A DNA stretch of 43,496 nt from Leptolyngbyaceae cyanobacterium SL_7_1 (GTDB taxonomy: Bacteria; Cyanobacteriota; Cyanobacteriia; Elainellales; Elainellaceae), in the NCBI GenBank assembly GCA_012032525.1, contig JAAUSV010000001.1, forward strand, positions 1 to 43,496. The letters run 5' to 3'. Below are positions 1 to 8,141 of the stretch, in pieces (positions within the stretch are counted from its first letter, which is position 1; every line of letters starts with the position of its first letter). The notes below the pieces were generated by a model. The model searched no databases and was not told the origin of the DNA. It saw only the letters and a program-made list of their open reading frames with translations. The translations under genes were made by a program, and so were the position numbers.

Positions 1-43
1 CCCTTCATCCTTACGCCCTCATCCTTACGCCCTCATTCTTCCA
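1..43. repeat. Tandem 14-15 nt repeat (two near-perfect copies plus one degenerate copy), truncated by the window edge
   Basis: Read directly: 1-15 cccttcatccttacg, 16-29 ccctcatccttacg, 30-43 ccctcattcttcca. The last copy overlaps the stop of the minus-strand gene ending at 33. Confidence 0.5.
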
Positions 44-1010
44 AACTCAACCCCTTCGACGCCAACCACTCCGGATTAAACAACCGCGACTGATACCGCG
101 CCCCACCATCGCACAACACCGTGACGATCGTGTGTCCCGCTCCCATTTGCTTCGCCAGGGCGATCGCCGCTCCCACGTTAATTCCCACGGAACCGCCCAT
201 AAACAAGCCATCTTCCCGTAGCAGTTTATAAACTACACGAATCGCTTCGGGATCGTGGATTTGGATAGCATCGTCGATCGGCACATCTTCCATATTGGCG
301 GTGACTCGACTGTTGCCGATGCCTTCGGTGATGGAACTGCCTTCGATCGAAATTGCCCCCGTTTTGGAATAGCTGTATAAGCCGCTGCCCATTGGGTCGG
401 CGAGGACACATTTGACGGCTGGGTTTTTCTCTTTAAAGTAGAGAGCGGCTCCGGCGTAGGTTCCGCCTGTGCCTGTGGCAGCAACCCAGGCGTCGATTTT
501 GCCATCGGTTTGTTGCCAGATTTCGGGGGCGGTGGTTTCGTAGTGGGCGCGGCGGTTTGCCAAGTTGTCGAATTGGTTTGCCCAGATGGCATTCTCCATT
601 TCTGCCGCAATTCTGCCGGAGAGTTTGACGTAGTTGTTGGGGTCACGGTAGGGCACGGCGGGGACGGTGCGAACTTCTGCGCCGAGGGTGCGCAACAGAT
701 CAATTTTTTCCTGGGATTGGGTGTCGGGGATGATGATTAGGCATTTGTAACCTTTGGCGTTGCAGATATGGGCTAAGCCAATGCCCGTATTCCCGGCTGT
801 GCCTTCTACTACCGTACCACCGGGACGCAGCAAACCCTGCTGCTCGGCGTCGTTAATAATGTAGAGTGCCGCCCGATCTTTGACCGACCCCCCCGGATTG
901 AGGAACTCCGCTTTGCCCAAAATCTCACAACCTGTCTCTTTGCTGACGCTATTGAGGCGGATCAAGGGCGTATTGCCAACGGCTCCTACAAATCCATCTT
1001 TGATGTCCAT
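33..1010 (-). CDS. PLP-dependent cysteine synthase family enzyme (CysK/CBS-like), intact, 325 aa
   Basis: Uninterrupted ORF. PLP-lysine motif NPGGSVKDRAA, glycine loop EGTAGNTGIGLA, and C-terminal GGSVG motif are typical of the Trp-synthase-beta-like fold II cysteine synthases. Confidence 0.85.
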   Translation of the reverse strand: MDIKDGFVGAVGNTPLIRLNSVSKETGCEILGKAEFLNPGGSVKDRAALYIINDAEQQGLLRPGGTVVEGTAGNTGIGLAHICNAKGYKCLIIIPDTQSQEKIDLLRTLGAEVRTVPAVPYRDPNNYVKLSGRIAAEMENAIWANQFDNLANRRAHYETTAPEIWQQTDGKIDAWVAATGTGGTYAGAALYFKEKNPAVKCVLADPMGSGLYSYSKTGAISIEGSSITEGIGNSRVTANMEDVPIDDAIQIHDPEAIRVVYKLLREDGLFMGGSVGINVGAAIALAKQMGAGHTIVTVLCDGGARYQSRLFNPEWLASKGLSLEE

Positions 1011-1210
1011 GCTTAAGTTCCTACATGCTGTCCTTCCCCAAATTCTAGACCGAGGAGGGAACGAGCGTAAGGAACCTTGAGTTAGATCGGGCGATAAATG
1101 GGATGGGAATTGATATGATTGCGATCGCCGTAAAGGTACAACATGTTTGGGCTACTTTATATATGCAAATCCTCGATCGCTGTTGATCATCTGACTGATA
1201 ATTTATTGAT

Positions 1211-1312
1211 GGTTCCGAGCCTTGGGGGGAACCCCCAAACCCCCGTTAGGGGAGGTCACCCCTAACAACCCCCGCTGGAGGACGGTTGCGTCCCCCAGAC
1301 CCCCTCCAAAGG
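1211..1312. repeat. G/C-tract-rich intergenic element with several short hairpins (possible dispersed cyanobacterial intergenic repeat)
   Basis: About eight runs of 4-6 G or C in roughly 100 nt. Hairpins: TTGGGGG-gaa-CCCCCAA (1222-1238), GTTAGGGG-aggtca-CCCCTAAC (1245-1266), TGGAGG...CCTCCA (1276-1308). It lies in the divergent spacer between the cysteine synthase and DUF2079 genes and creates the spurious ORF 1203..1667(-). Confidence 0.4.
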
Positions 1313-1435
1313 AGCAATCAGATTTGGGGTAATCGCAAAGCAATGGAAGGGAAAAGCTGGTCTGTGTATACACAATGGCAGGAAGCACCCAAGCTTGAAG
1401 GATTACAAAGTAATTGAGTGGAGAGAGGCGTAGAC

Positions 1436-2963
1436 ATGGTGAATTGGCAAAAAGATCCCTGGCTCCGATGGGTGCTGGGAATTGCCCTAATCTTTTGGCT
1501 AGTCTGTAACGCCTTGGTGCTACACCGCTACTACAGCTTCTACTCCTCCTACGCCAACTACAACCAGGGAATTTTTGACCAGTTGTTTTGGAATAGTCTG
1601 CGGGGCGAACTTCTTTGAAAGTTCTCTCTCCTCGGCGCTGTCTAGTGCAGTGGTGAACGATCGCCAACTACCCGATGTTGCCTATCACCGACTGGGGCAA
1701 CACTTCACGCCTTCCTTGCTGCTGTGGTTGCCGTTCTACGCGCTGTATTCCTCCCCTGCGGGCTTATCGGTGCTGCAAACCACGTTAATTGCGGCGGCGG
1801 GTTTGGTGTTGTATGCCCTAGCCCAACATTACCATCCTCCTCACCTCGCCGCTTTAATCAGTGCCAGTTACTATGCGGCGGCAGCGGTAATCAGTCCTAC
1901 TCTGGCGGATTTTCGCGATTTTAGTCAGTTGCCGCTGTTTGTGTTTGGGGCATTGTGGGCGATCGAAAAACGTCGATGGTTCCTGTTTTGGAGTTTAATT
2001 GTCCTCACATTATTAATTCGGGAGGATGCCGGAGTCGTGGTGTTTGGCATCGGCTTCTATTGGTTGGTCAGTCGGCGGATTTGGGTGGGACTAATCCTAT
2101 GTGTCCTGAGTTTCGGCTACATGCTGCTGGTGACGAATGGGGTGATGCCGCTATTTTCCGATGACATTTCGCGGCGGTTCATGATCGAGCAATTTGGGCA
2201 ATTCGTTGAAGACCAAGATGCCTCGACACTGGAGGTGATTGGGGGAATCCTCAGCAATCCCGTGCGGTTGATTGGGGAATTGGTAACGCCGATCGATCGC
2301 ACGCTGCAATACCTCTTCGCCCAATGGTTGCCCCTGATGTTTGTCCCTGCCATTTCCCCCAGTGCATGGCTGCTGGCAGGTTTCCCTATCCTGAAACTGC
2401 TGATTCGCCAAGCCCCCGATGCGCTGTCGATCAACCTGCGCTATGCTCTAACGCTTGTGCCGGGGTTGTTCTATGGAGCGATTTTGTGGTGGTCGCGGTA
2501 TCCAGACCGGTTTCAGCCCCGTTTGCGGCGATTTTGGGTGGGTTGTCTAGTGCTCTCGATCGCCCTGACGCTGCTTGCCAATCCCAATCGAGTATTGTCC
2601 TTTGCGATTCCCGATTCCTTTCAACCATTGGTGTATGTATCACCAGTCCAACAGTGGCAACATGCCGCCGCAATTCGTCAGATGTTGGTACAAGTTCCGC
2701 CCGATGCCAGTGTGACGGCAACGGTGCATATTGCAGGGCATCTTTCCAATCGGCGGGAACTGCTGATTTTTCCTGGTCTACGCCTACGCAATGATGCAGG
2801 AGAACAGAAGTGGATGGAGTATGCGATCGTCGATCTGTGGGGTTTTGAGCAGTACCAATCCGGTTTTGAGGACGATCGCGCCAAACTTCAGCAGGCAATC
2901 AAGGTGGTGAATCGAGTGCTCGATCGCCAAAGCTACGGCTTGGTCGCTTTCAAGATGGGGTAG
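1436..2963 (+). CDS. DUF2079-family polytopic membrane protein (about 509 aa). Frame broken once in this assembly.
   Basis: ORF 1418-1618 (..LHRYYSFYSSYANYNQGIFDQLFWNSLRG) continues in ORF 1575-2963 (..FFESSLSS...HRLGQHFTPSLLLWLPFY..), which is the conserved DUF2079 N-terminal pattern. The break is at the G4 run 1602-1605 (a +1 insertion by frame arithmetic). There are many hydrophobic segments. Confidence 0.7.
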
Positions 2964-3082
2964 TGTTGTTGCGCCACCAAACCCCATCCAATCCGGCAGC
3001 GATCAGTGGGTGGCAAAGCTATCAAAAAGCATTGAAGCAAGTAGTTGATAGTGATTAGCTACCCCAAATCCTCGATCGCCCT

Positions 3083-3889
3083 CTAGGCTGGACTGCCAAA
3101 ATTTTGAGTCCAATAGTGGTAGTAGTTTAATTTGCCTGTGTCCGTGGGCAAGTGATAGTACCCAACGCCAAGCTCTCGCAGGTTGGGATTGAGCAAATTG
3201 ACTTTGTGACTGGGACTGTTGATCCACCCCTGCATCACTGCTTCAGGGGTGGTGTAACCTACTGCAATGTTTTCCGCTGCATAGGAGTAATTGTATCCGG
3301 CGCCTCGCATTCGATCGAAGGGAGATGCTCCGTCCATGCTGGTGTGGCTAAAGAAGTCCTGCAATGCCATATTCTGGCTATGTAATTCTGCTGCTGCCGC
3401 CAGTTTAAGGTTGTATCTCAAGGGCTTCAACCCCTGTTGCTGACGAAAGGTATTGGTTAATTGCAGCACCTGATCTTCAAAAGTGCTGCCTGTAGGTTGG
3501 GTGAGTTGAGTTTGCAGAGCGGGTTGTAGGGAATAATTCGCAATCTTCCCTTGGGCTAGTGAAACCCGCAGGAAAAATACTCCCGGTTGCAAATCTGAGC
3601 GGATAATCTTACCCAACGTTCCCGATCGGCTGTGGGTTCGAGCGATCACTTCGCCTGCATTCAGTTGACCATTACGATTGCGGTCTTGAATTAATTCCAA
3701 TGTAGAACGATGTCCCAAACCGTCTAGTCGAATAGTCAGATCGCTGCTGCGGTTGAGTTTGAATTTGTAGATGCGATCGCGATTTTTTGTGGTTAACTGT
3801 CCTGTGTGGGAGAAGGCTGAAGCAGTAAGGGTGATCGATTGATCAGGTCTGAGATGGATCGAATTAGGGTTGGATGCCATGGGCTGCAA
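3083..3889 (-). CDS. CAP/SCP (YkwD-like) domain protein with an N-terminal pre-peptidase-C-terminal-like beta domain
   Basis: The C-terminal half (LRYNLKLAAAAELHSQNMA..FFSHTSMDGASPFDRMRGAGY...AAENIAVGY..PEAVMQGWINSPSHKVNLL) matches the CAP/SCP signature. The N-terminal half (YKFKLNRSSDLTIRLDGL...LELIQD.NRNGQ...FLRVSL) looks like a PPC domain. The start is TTG 3889 or ATG 3880. Confidence 0.7.
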   Translation of the reverse strand: MQPMASNPNSIHLRPDQSITLTASAFSHTGQLTTKNRDRIYKFKLNRSSDLTIRLDGLGHRSTLELIQDRNRNGQLNAGEVIARTHSRSGTLGKIIRSDLQPGVFFLRVSLAQGKIANYSLQPALQTQLTQPTGSTFEDQVLQLTNTFRQQQGLKPLRYNLKLAAAAELHSQNMALQDFFSHTSMDGASPFDRMRGAGYNYSYAAENIAVGYTTPEAVMQGWINSPSHKVNLLNPNLRELGVGYYHLPTDTGKLNYYHYWTQNFGSPA

Positions 3890-4206
3890 ATGGGTTTCTA
3901 TATTGGTTAAGGAATCGGTGGAATTAAAAGGCGGCTTGACGGATGTGCGGATTGTGGTGGAAATTTTGGTCTAGGCAGCACACTATTTCGCTTACTTGAT
4001 GTCCCAATTAGGACTCTAGAAAGCAAACAAAAATGAGCTGAGCCAGTACTGGATTGGCTACAACCAGTAAGCCGCTAAATCACCCCAGAGTCATCCTTGG
4101 ATTCACTGAGGTTGCTAAATTCTTAAAAAGAGATGACGCAGTGCTGCGATCGATCGGGGGTTCCATCCAATTTCTGGACTGCCTTCGCCTTAAAGTAAAT
4201 CGATCG

Positions 4207-4740
4207 TTAGGCAGACAACGGCAGATTTGCCTGAATGAGTTGACACTGCTGCAAGTGATGCATGTGGTGGAAAAGCTTCCAGCAGTAAGGTTCTGGGAGT
4301 CCACAGGTGACAGCACCCCGCATCACCACGCTGAAATACCAATCATTTGGGGCAACTTCCTGGTCAAGTTTTTCAATCACTGTGTAGGTGCGCACTTGGG
4401 AGTAGCGGGTTCCCTTGTGGCAAACCGTAATCATTTCGTGCTGATAGCCGTCTTCTCGAATATCTAGGCGATCGCTCAATCGCTCTGGTAGATGATACAG
4501 CACTCCTTCCACGTGGGCATGGGGATCGGGGATGATGTCCAATACGCCACAATTGCGAAAGCGGGAGCGGCGGAAAAATCCCAATCGGTAGCCCTTCAAC
4601 GTTGCAGCACCAATGACGTAGGGGTGGGTCAATTCGCCGAGCGATCGCTTTAGATCCACCGGGCACATGCAGGAACCGTAGGCAAAGTAGAAGAATTTTG
4701 GCTCGAAGGCATTGACGGAGACTGGCAGGGAATCAACCAT
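4207..4740 (-). CDS. Gamma-glutamylcyclotransferase (GGCT/AIG2-like) family protein
   Basis: Intact 177-aa ORF. The N-terminal FFYFAYGSCM motif corresponds to the YFAYGSNM signature of the GGCT fold. Confidence 0.65.
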   Translation of the reverse strand: MVDSLPVSVNAFEPKFFYFAYGSCMCPVDLKRSLGELTHPYVIGAATLKGYRLGFFRRSRFRNCGVLDIIPDPHAHVEGVLYHLPERLSDRLDIREDGYQHEMITVCHKGTRYSQVRTYTVIEKLDQEVAPNDWYFSVVMRGAVTCGLPEPYCWKLFHHMHHLQQCQLIQANLPLSA

Positions 4741-4879
4741 GGCTGCTGAAGCACGGGGAATTTTAAAGGCAATTGTACACTGATTCTAATCCCTCATATC
4801 TCGCTCGATCAACCGTGTTTTGTTGAGCGCGATAGGGTAGAGATAGGATTAAATACACTCGTTCATCCATAGAATTCAG

Positions 4880-6198
4880 ATGAAGCCATTGCAAGTGGTT
4901 GTTGTCGGGGGCGGCGCAGCAGGGTTTTCGGGGCGATCGCCTGTGCAGAAGCCATCCCCACGCGCAAGTAACGCTGCTGGAAGCTAGCCATCAGCCTTGA
5001 GTAAGGTGCGGATTTCAGGAGGGGGTCGGTGTAATGTGACCCATGCCTGCTTTGAACCTGCCCTGTTGATTCAGCACTACCCCCGTGGAGGCAAGGCACT
5101 GCGGGGAGCATTTAGTCGATTCCAGCCCAGAGATACGGTGGACTGGTTTGAAGGGCGGGGAGTCAGGCTCAAAACCGAAGCCGATGGGCGGATGTTTCCT
5201 ACTACCGATGATTCGGCAACGATCGTGGAGTGCTTGATGCGATCGGCACGCACCGCTGGAGTCGATCTGCAAACTGGAGTAGCTGTGACAGCAATTCGAC
5301 ACCATCAGGGGCAATTTGAATTGGCATTGAAGGATGGTCGCTTCTTGGAGTGCGATCGCTTGCTGTTAGCAACTGGCAGCAACCCCCAAGGACATCGGTT
5401 GGCTCACCATCTGGGGCATGGGATTGAGTCGCCCGTTCCATCGCTCTTCACCTTTACCATTGCCGACGCTAAATTGCGGGAATTGGCAGGGGTAGCCGTG
5501 GATCATGCCACCGTTCGACTAATGGTTGCCTCGGCTAAACCCTTAGAGCAGACGGGTGCCGTGCTGGTCACCCATTGGGGGCTGAGTGGACCAGCGGTGC
5601 TAAAACTCTCGGCTTGGGGAGCACGGGCACTCCACGCTCAGCAGTATTGCGCCACAGTAGAAATTAATTGGTTGCCCCAGTGGAAGCTCCCCATTACAAG
5701 CTGCTCTGAGCCGAGTGCGGACGCAGCATGGCAACGATCGATTGCCACCCACCCACCCTTCCCCTGCCCCGCCGTCTGTGGCAATATCTAGTCGATCGAG
5801 CCGAGATTCCCTCCGCATTGCGTTGGACGGAGTTGGCTAAGGGGCAGCTCAGGCGGTTGATGGAGGAGGTCGGTCGATCGCAGTTTTCCTTGCAAGGGAA
5901 AGGAGTGTTTAAGGAGGAATTTGTCACTTGTGGTGGGGTGCAGCTCGACGAAATTGATTTCAAAACCCTGGGCAGTCGCCGTTGCCCAGGGTTATACTTC
6001 GCCGGGGAAATCCTCAATATCGATGGCGTCACGGGTGGGTTCAATTTTCAAAGTGCGTGGACGACGGGGTGGTTGGCAGGTCACGCAATCGGGAGTCCAG
6101 CTAGCCCCTCCACCGCCCTAGCTCTCTCCCCGGTAGGCATGCAGCAGACTGAGGAAATGGGCACCGTCGAAACTGCGCGGGTCGAGGCGAGTTCCTGA
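4880..6198 (+). CDS. HI0933/YhiN (BaiN-like) NAD(P)/FAD-dependent oxidoreductase. Frame broken at least 4 times in this assembly.
   Basis: Stitching frames gives MKPLQVVVVGGGAAGF|FGAIACAEAIPTRK|VTLLEASHQP|LSKVRISGGGRCNVTHACF..., the canonical Rossmann GGGAAG plus RISGGGRCN start of this family. Further on come ..LPRRLWQYLV..GKGVFKEEFVTCGGVQL..PGLYFAGEILNIDGVTGGFNFQSAW. Breaks are at 4925-4928, about 4968, 4997-4998 and 5687-5770. Confidence 0.75.
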
Positions 6199-6936
6199 GC
6201 GATCGACGGCTTGGTGAGTCGTAATCCGCTCCTCCCGGATGTTGGTTTGGGCAATCAACCAAGCGAGCGAGCGATATTGCGCCTCGGTGTAGCCGCTGTG
6301 ACGACGACCGTTGCCACGACCGTCTGCGGGTGTTTCCAAGGAGGTATGATAGGCAAAATTGTTGACAGAGGGGGGGAGAACCGGATCGAGTCGCACCGTT
6401 TCGGCTCCGTTGGGTCCATTAAACACGGAATTCCCTGCCCCAAATGCCCTAAACTCCGGTGGTACAAGATAGACGACCGTGCCGTCCAGAGTAATCATGG
6501 TGTGGTAGCTAACCTGATCGTTGTCACTGGTGTGGGATCGCTGAAAGGTGTTGATGGCGCTGCTAGCAGAGTTCACCGTTTCATGTAATACCAAAATGAT
6601 TTCGTTGGTGAGAGGGTTGCCGTGGATGTCTGTTGCCATGCGATAGTCGTAGTTGGATGGATCAACCTGGACGATCGTCTGGGCTGGAACAAACTCAGAC
6701 CAGGGGGGAGCGCCAGACACAGCGCTAGACACAACGGTGGGTTGGGGAAGCTGTTGCTCAATGGTAGGGGTGTCGAGGCTTTCTCGTACCCGCAGATCGG
6801 ACTCATCCATCTCCACCCGTTGGGCTTCCACGCGCAGCGGCGCGATCGCGTTCACCGCCATCGGGATTAGGGTAATGATTAGGGCTGCTAATGCTACGAC
6901 GATCGATCGCTGACTCATAAAATTATCCAATCGCAT
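6118..6936 (-). CDS. Secreted N-acetylmuramoyl-L-alanine amidase (Amidase_2/PGRP fold)
   Basis: Intact 272-aa ORF with a signal-peptide-like N-terminus (SIVVALAALIITLIPMAVNA). Amidase_2-like blocks are ILVLHET, SYHTMITLDG and NFAYHTSLE. Confidence 0.75.
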   Translation of the reverse strand: MRLDNFMSQRSIVVALAALIITLIPMAVNAIAPLRVEAQRVEMDESDLRVRESLDTPTIEQQLPQPTVVSSAVSGAPPWSEFVPAQTIVQVDPSNYDYRMATDIHGNPLTNEIILVLHETVNSASSAINTFQRSHTSDNDQVSYHTMITLDGTVVYLVPPEFRAFGAGNSVFNGPNGAETVRLDPVLPPSVNNFAYHTSLETPADGRGNGRRHSGYTEAQYRSLAWLIAQTNIREERITTHQAVDRSGTRLDPRSFDGAHFLSLLHAYRGES

Positions 6937-7078
6937 TGGTCTTCATCTTCTCTTACCCATGTAGTTCTCATGATAAATTCTGGCAGGACTTCCCTAAAGA
7001 AACGTTGAATAAGAATCAGTAATCTTAGACAGATAGGCAGTAAAATCTTAATTCAGACAATCATATAGGCTCTTTCAG

Positions 7079-8061
7079 ATGGCAGAAACCCTTTTATATA
7101 ACGCGTTGAGAGCGGCGATCGATGAAGAGATGGCACGCGATCCCAACGTTTTTGTGTTGGGTGAAGATGTGGGGCAGTACGGTGGTTCCTACAAAGTCAC
7201 CAAAGACCTCTACGAAAAATATGGCGAATGGCGGGTACTCGACACGCCGATCGCTGAAAACAGCTTTACAGGGATGGCGGTGGGAGCGGCAATGACGGGG
7301 TTGCGACCGATCATTGAAGGGATGAACATGGGGTTTTGCTATTGGCATTTAATCAAATTGCCAACAATGCAGGGATGCTGCGCTACACCTCCGGAGGAAA
7401 CTTTAAAATCCCCATGGTGATTCGCGGTCCCGGTGGCGTTGGCAGACAGTTGGGAGCAGAGCACTCCCAGCGATTGGAGGCATACTTTCAAAATGTACCG
7501 GGGCTGAAAATGGTGGCGTGTTCCACCCCTTACAATGCCAAGGGCTTGCTAAAAGCTGCCATTCGAGATGACAATCCCGTACTATTTTTTGAGCACGTTC
7601 TGCTTTACAACCTAAAGGAAACCCTACCAGAGGACGAATACGTCCTTCCCCTCGACAAGGCGGAAGTAGTCCGCGAGGGCAGTGACGTCACCATCTTGAC
7701 CTACTCGCGCATGCGCCACCACGTCACCCAAGCGGCAAAGACCTTAATTCAAGAGGGGTATGACCCCGAAATTATTGATCTGATTTCTCTGAAACCGTTG
7801 GATCTAGAGACGATCGCCATCTCGATTCGCAAGACCCACCGGGTCATCATTGTGGAAGAATGCATGCGAACAGGGGGCATGGGAGCAGAAATTACAGCTT
7901 CGATCAACGATCGCCTGTTTGATGAGTTAGATGCTCCCGTCCTACGGTTAGCATCCCAGGATATTCCCACACCCTACAATGGAGCGCTAGAAAATCTGAC
8001 AATTGTTCAGCCTACTCAGATTGTAGAAGCAGTGAAAAAGATGGTGGCATTACGGGTGTAG
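7079..8061 (+). CDS. pdhB: Pyruvate dehydrogenase E1 component beta subunit (about 327 aa). One frame break.
   Basis: ORF 7079-7420 (..[34 protein letters not shown]) joins ORF 7336-8061 ([26 protein letters not shown]...). A 1-nt deletion in the T4 run 7334-7337 restores the frame. Confidence 0.9.
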
Positions 8062-8103
8062 TGACCTACCATCGCAATCATTAAGTCGTACCATACTAAA
8101 TTT

Positions 8104-8140
8104 TAAAGTTCCCGGCTTCTTTGAGAAGCCGGGAACTTTA
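8104..8140. terminator. Bidirectional intrinsic terminator shared by convergent pdhB and glsF
   Basis: Perfect 16-bp inverted repeat tAAAGTTCCCGGCTTC-tttga-GAAGCCGGGAACTTTa. It is flanked by T-rich sequence on one side and A-rich sequence on the other, 42 nt after the pdhB stop and 1 nt from the glsF stop. Confidence 0.8.
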
Positions 8141-8141
8141 T

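Noticed and set aside
1203-1667. 154-aa minus-strand ORF
   Set aside because: It runs antisense to the DUF2079 N-terminus and through the G/C-tract repeat. It has a low-complexity, Gly/Pro/Arg-rich translation and no recognisable domain.
4054-4467. 137-aa plus-strand ORF
   Set aside because: Its 3' two-thirds (about 4207-4467) run antisense to the well-supported GGCT-like gene and its 5' part lies in the spacer. The start is non-ATG, and I see no domain signature.
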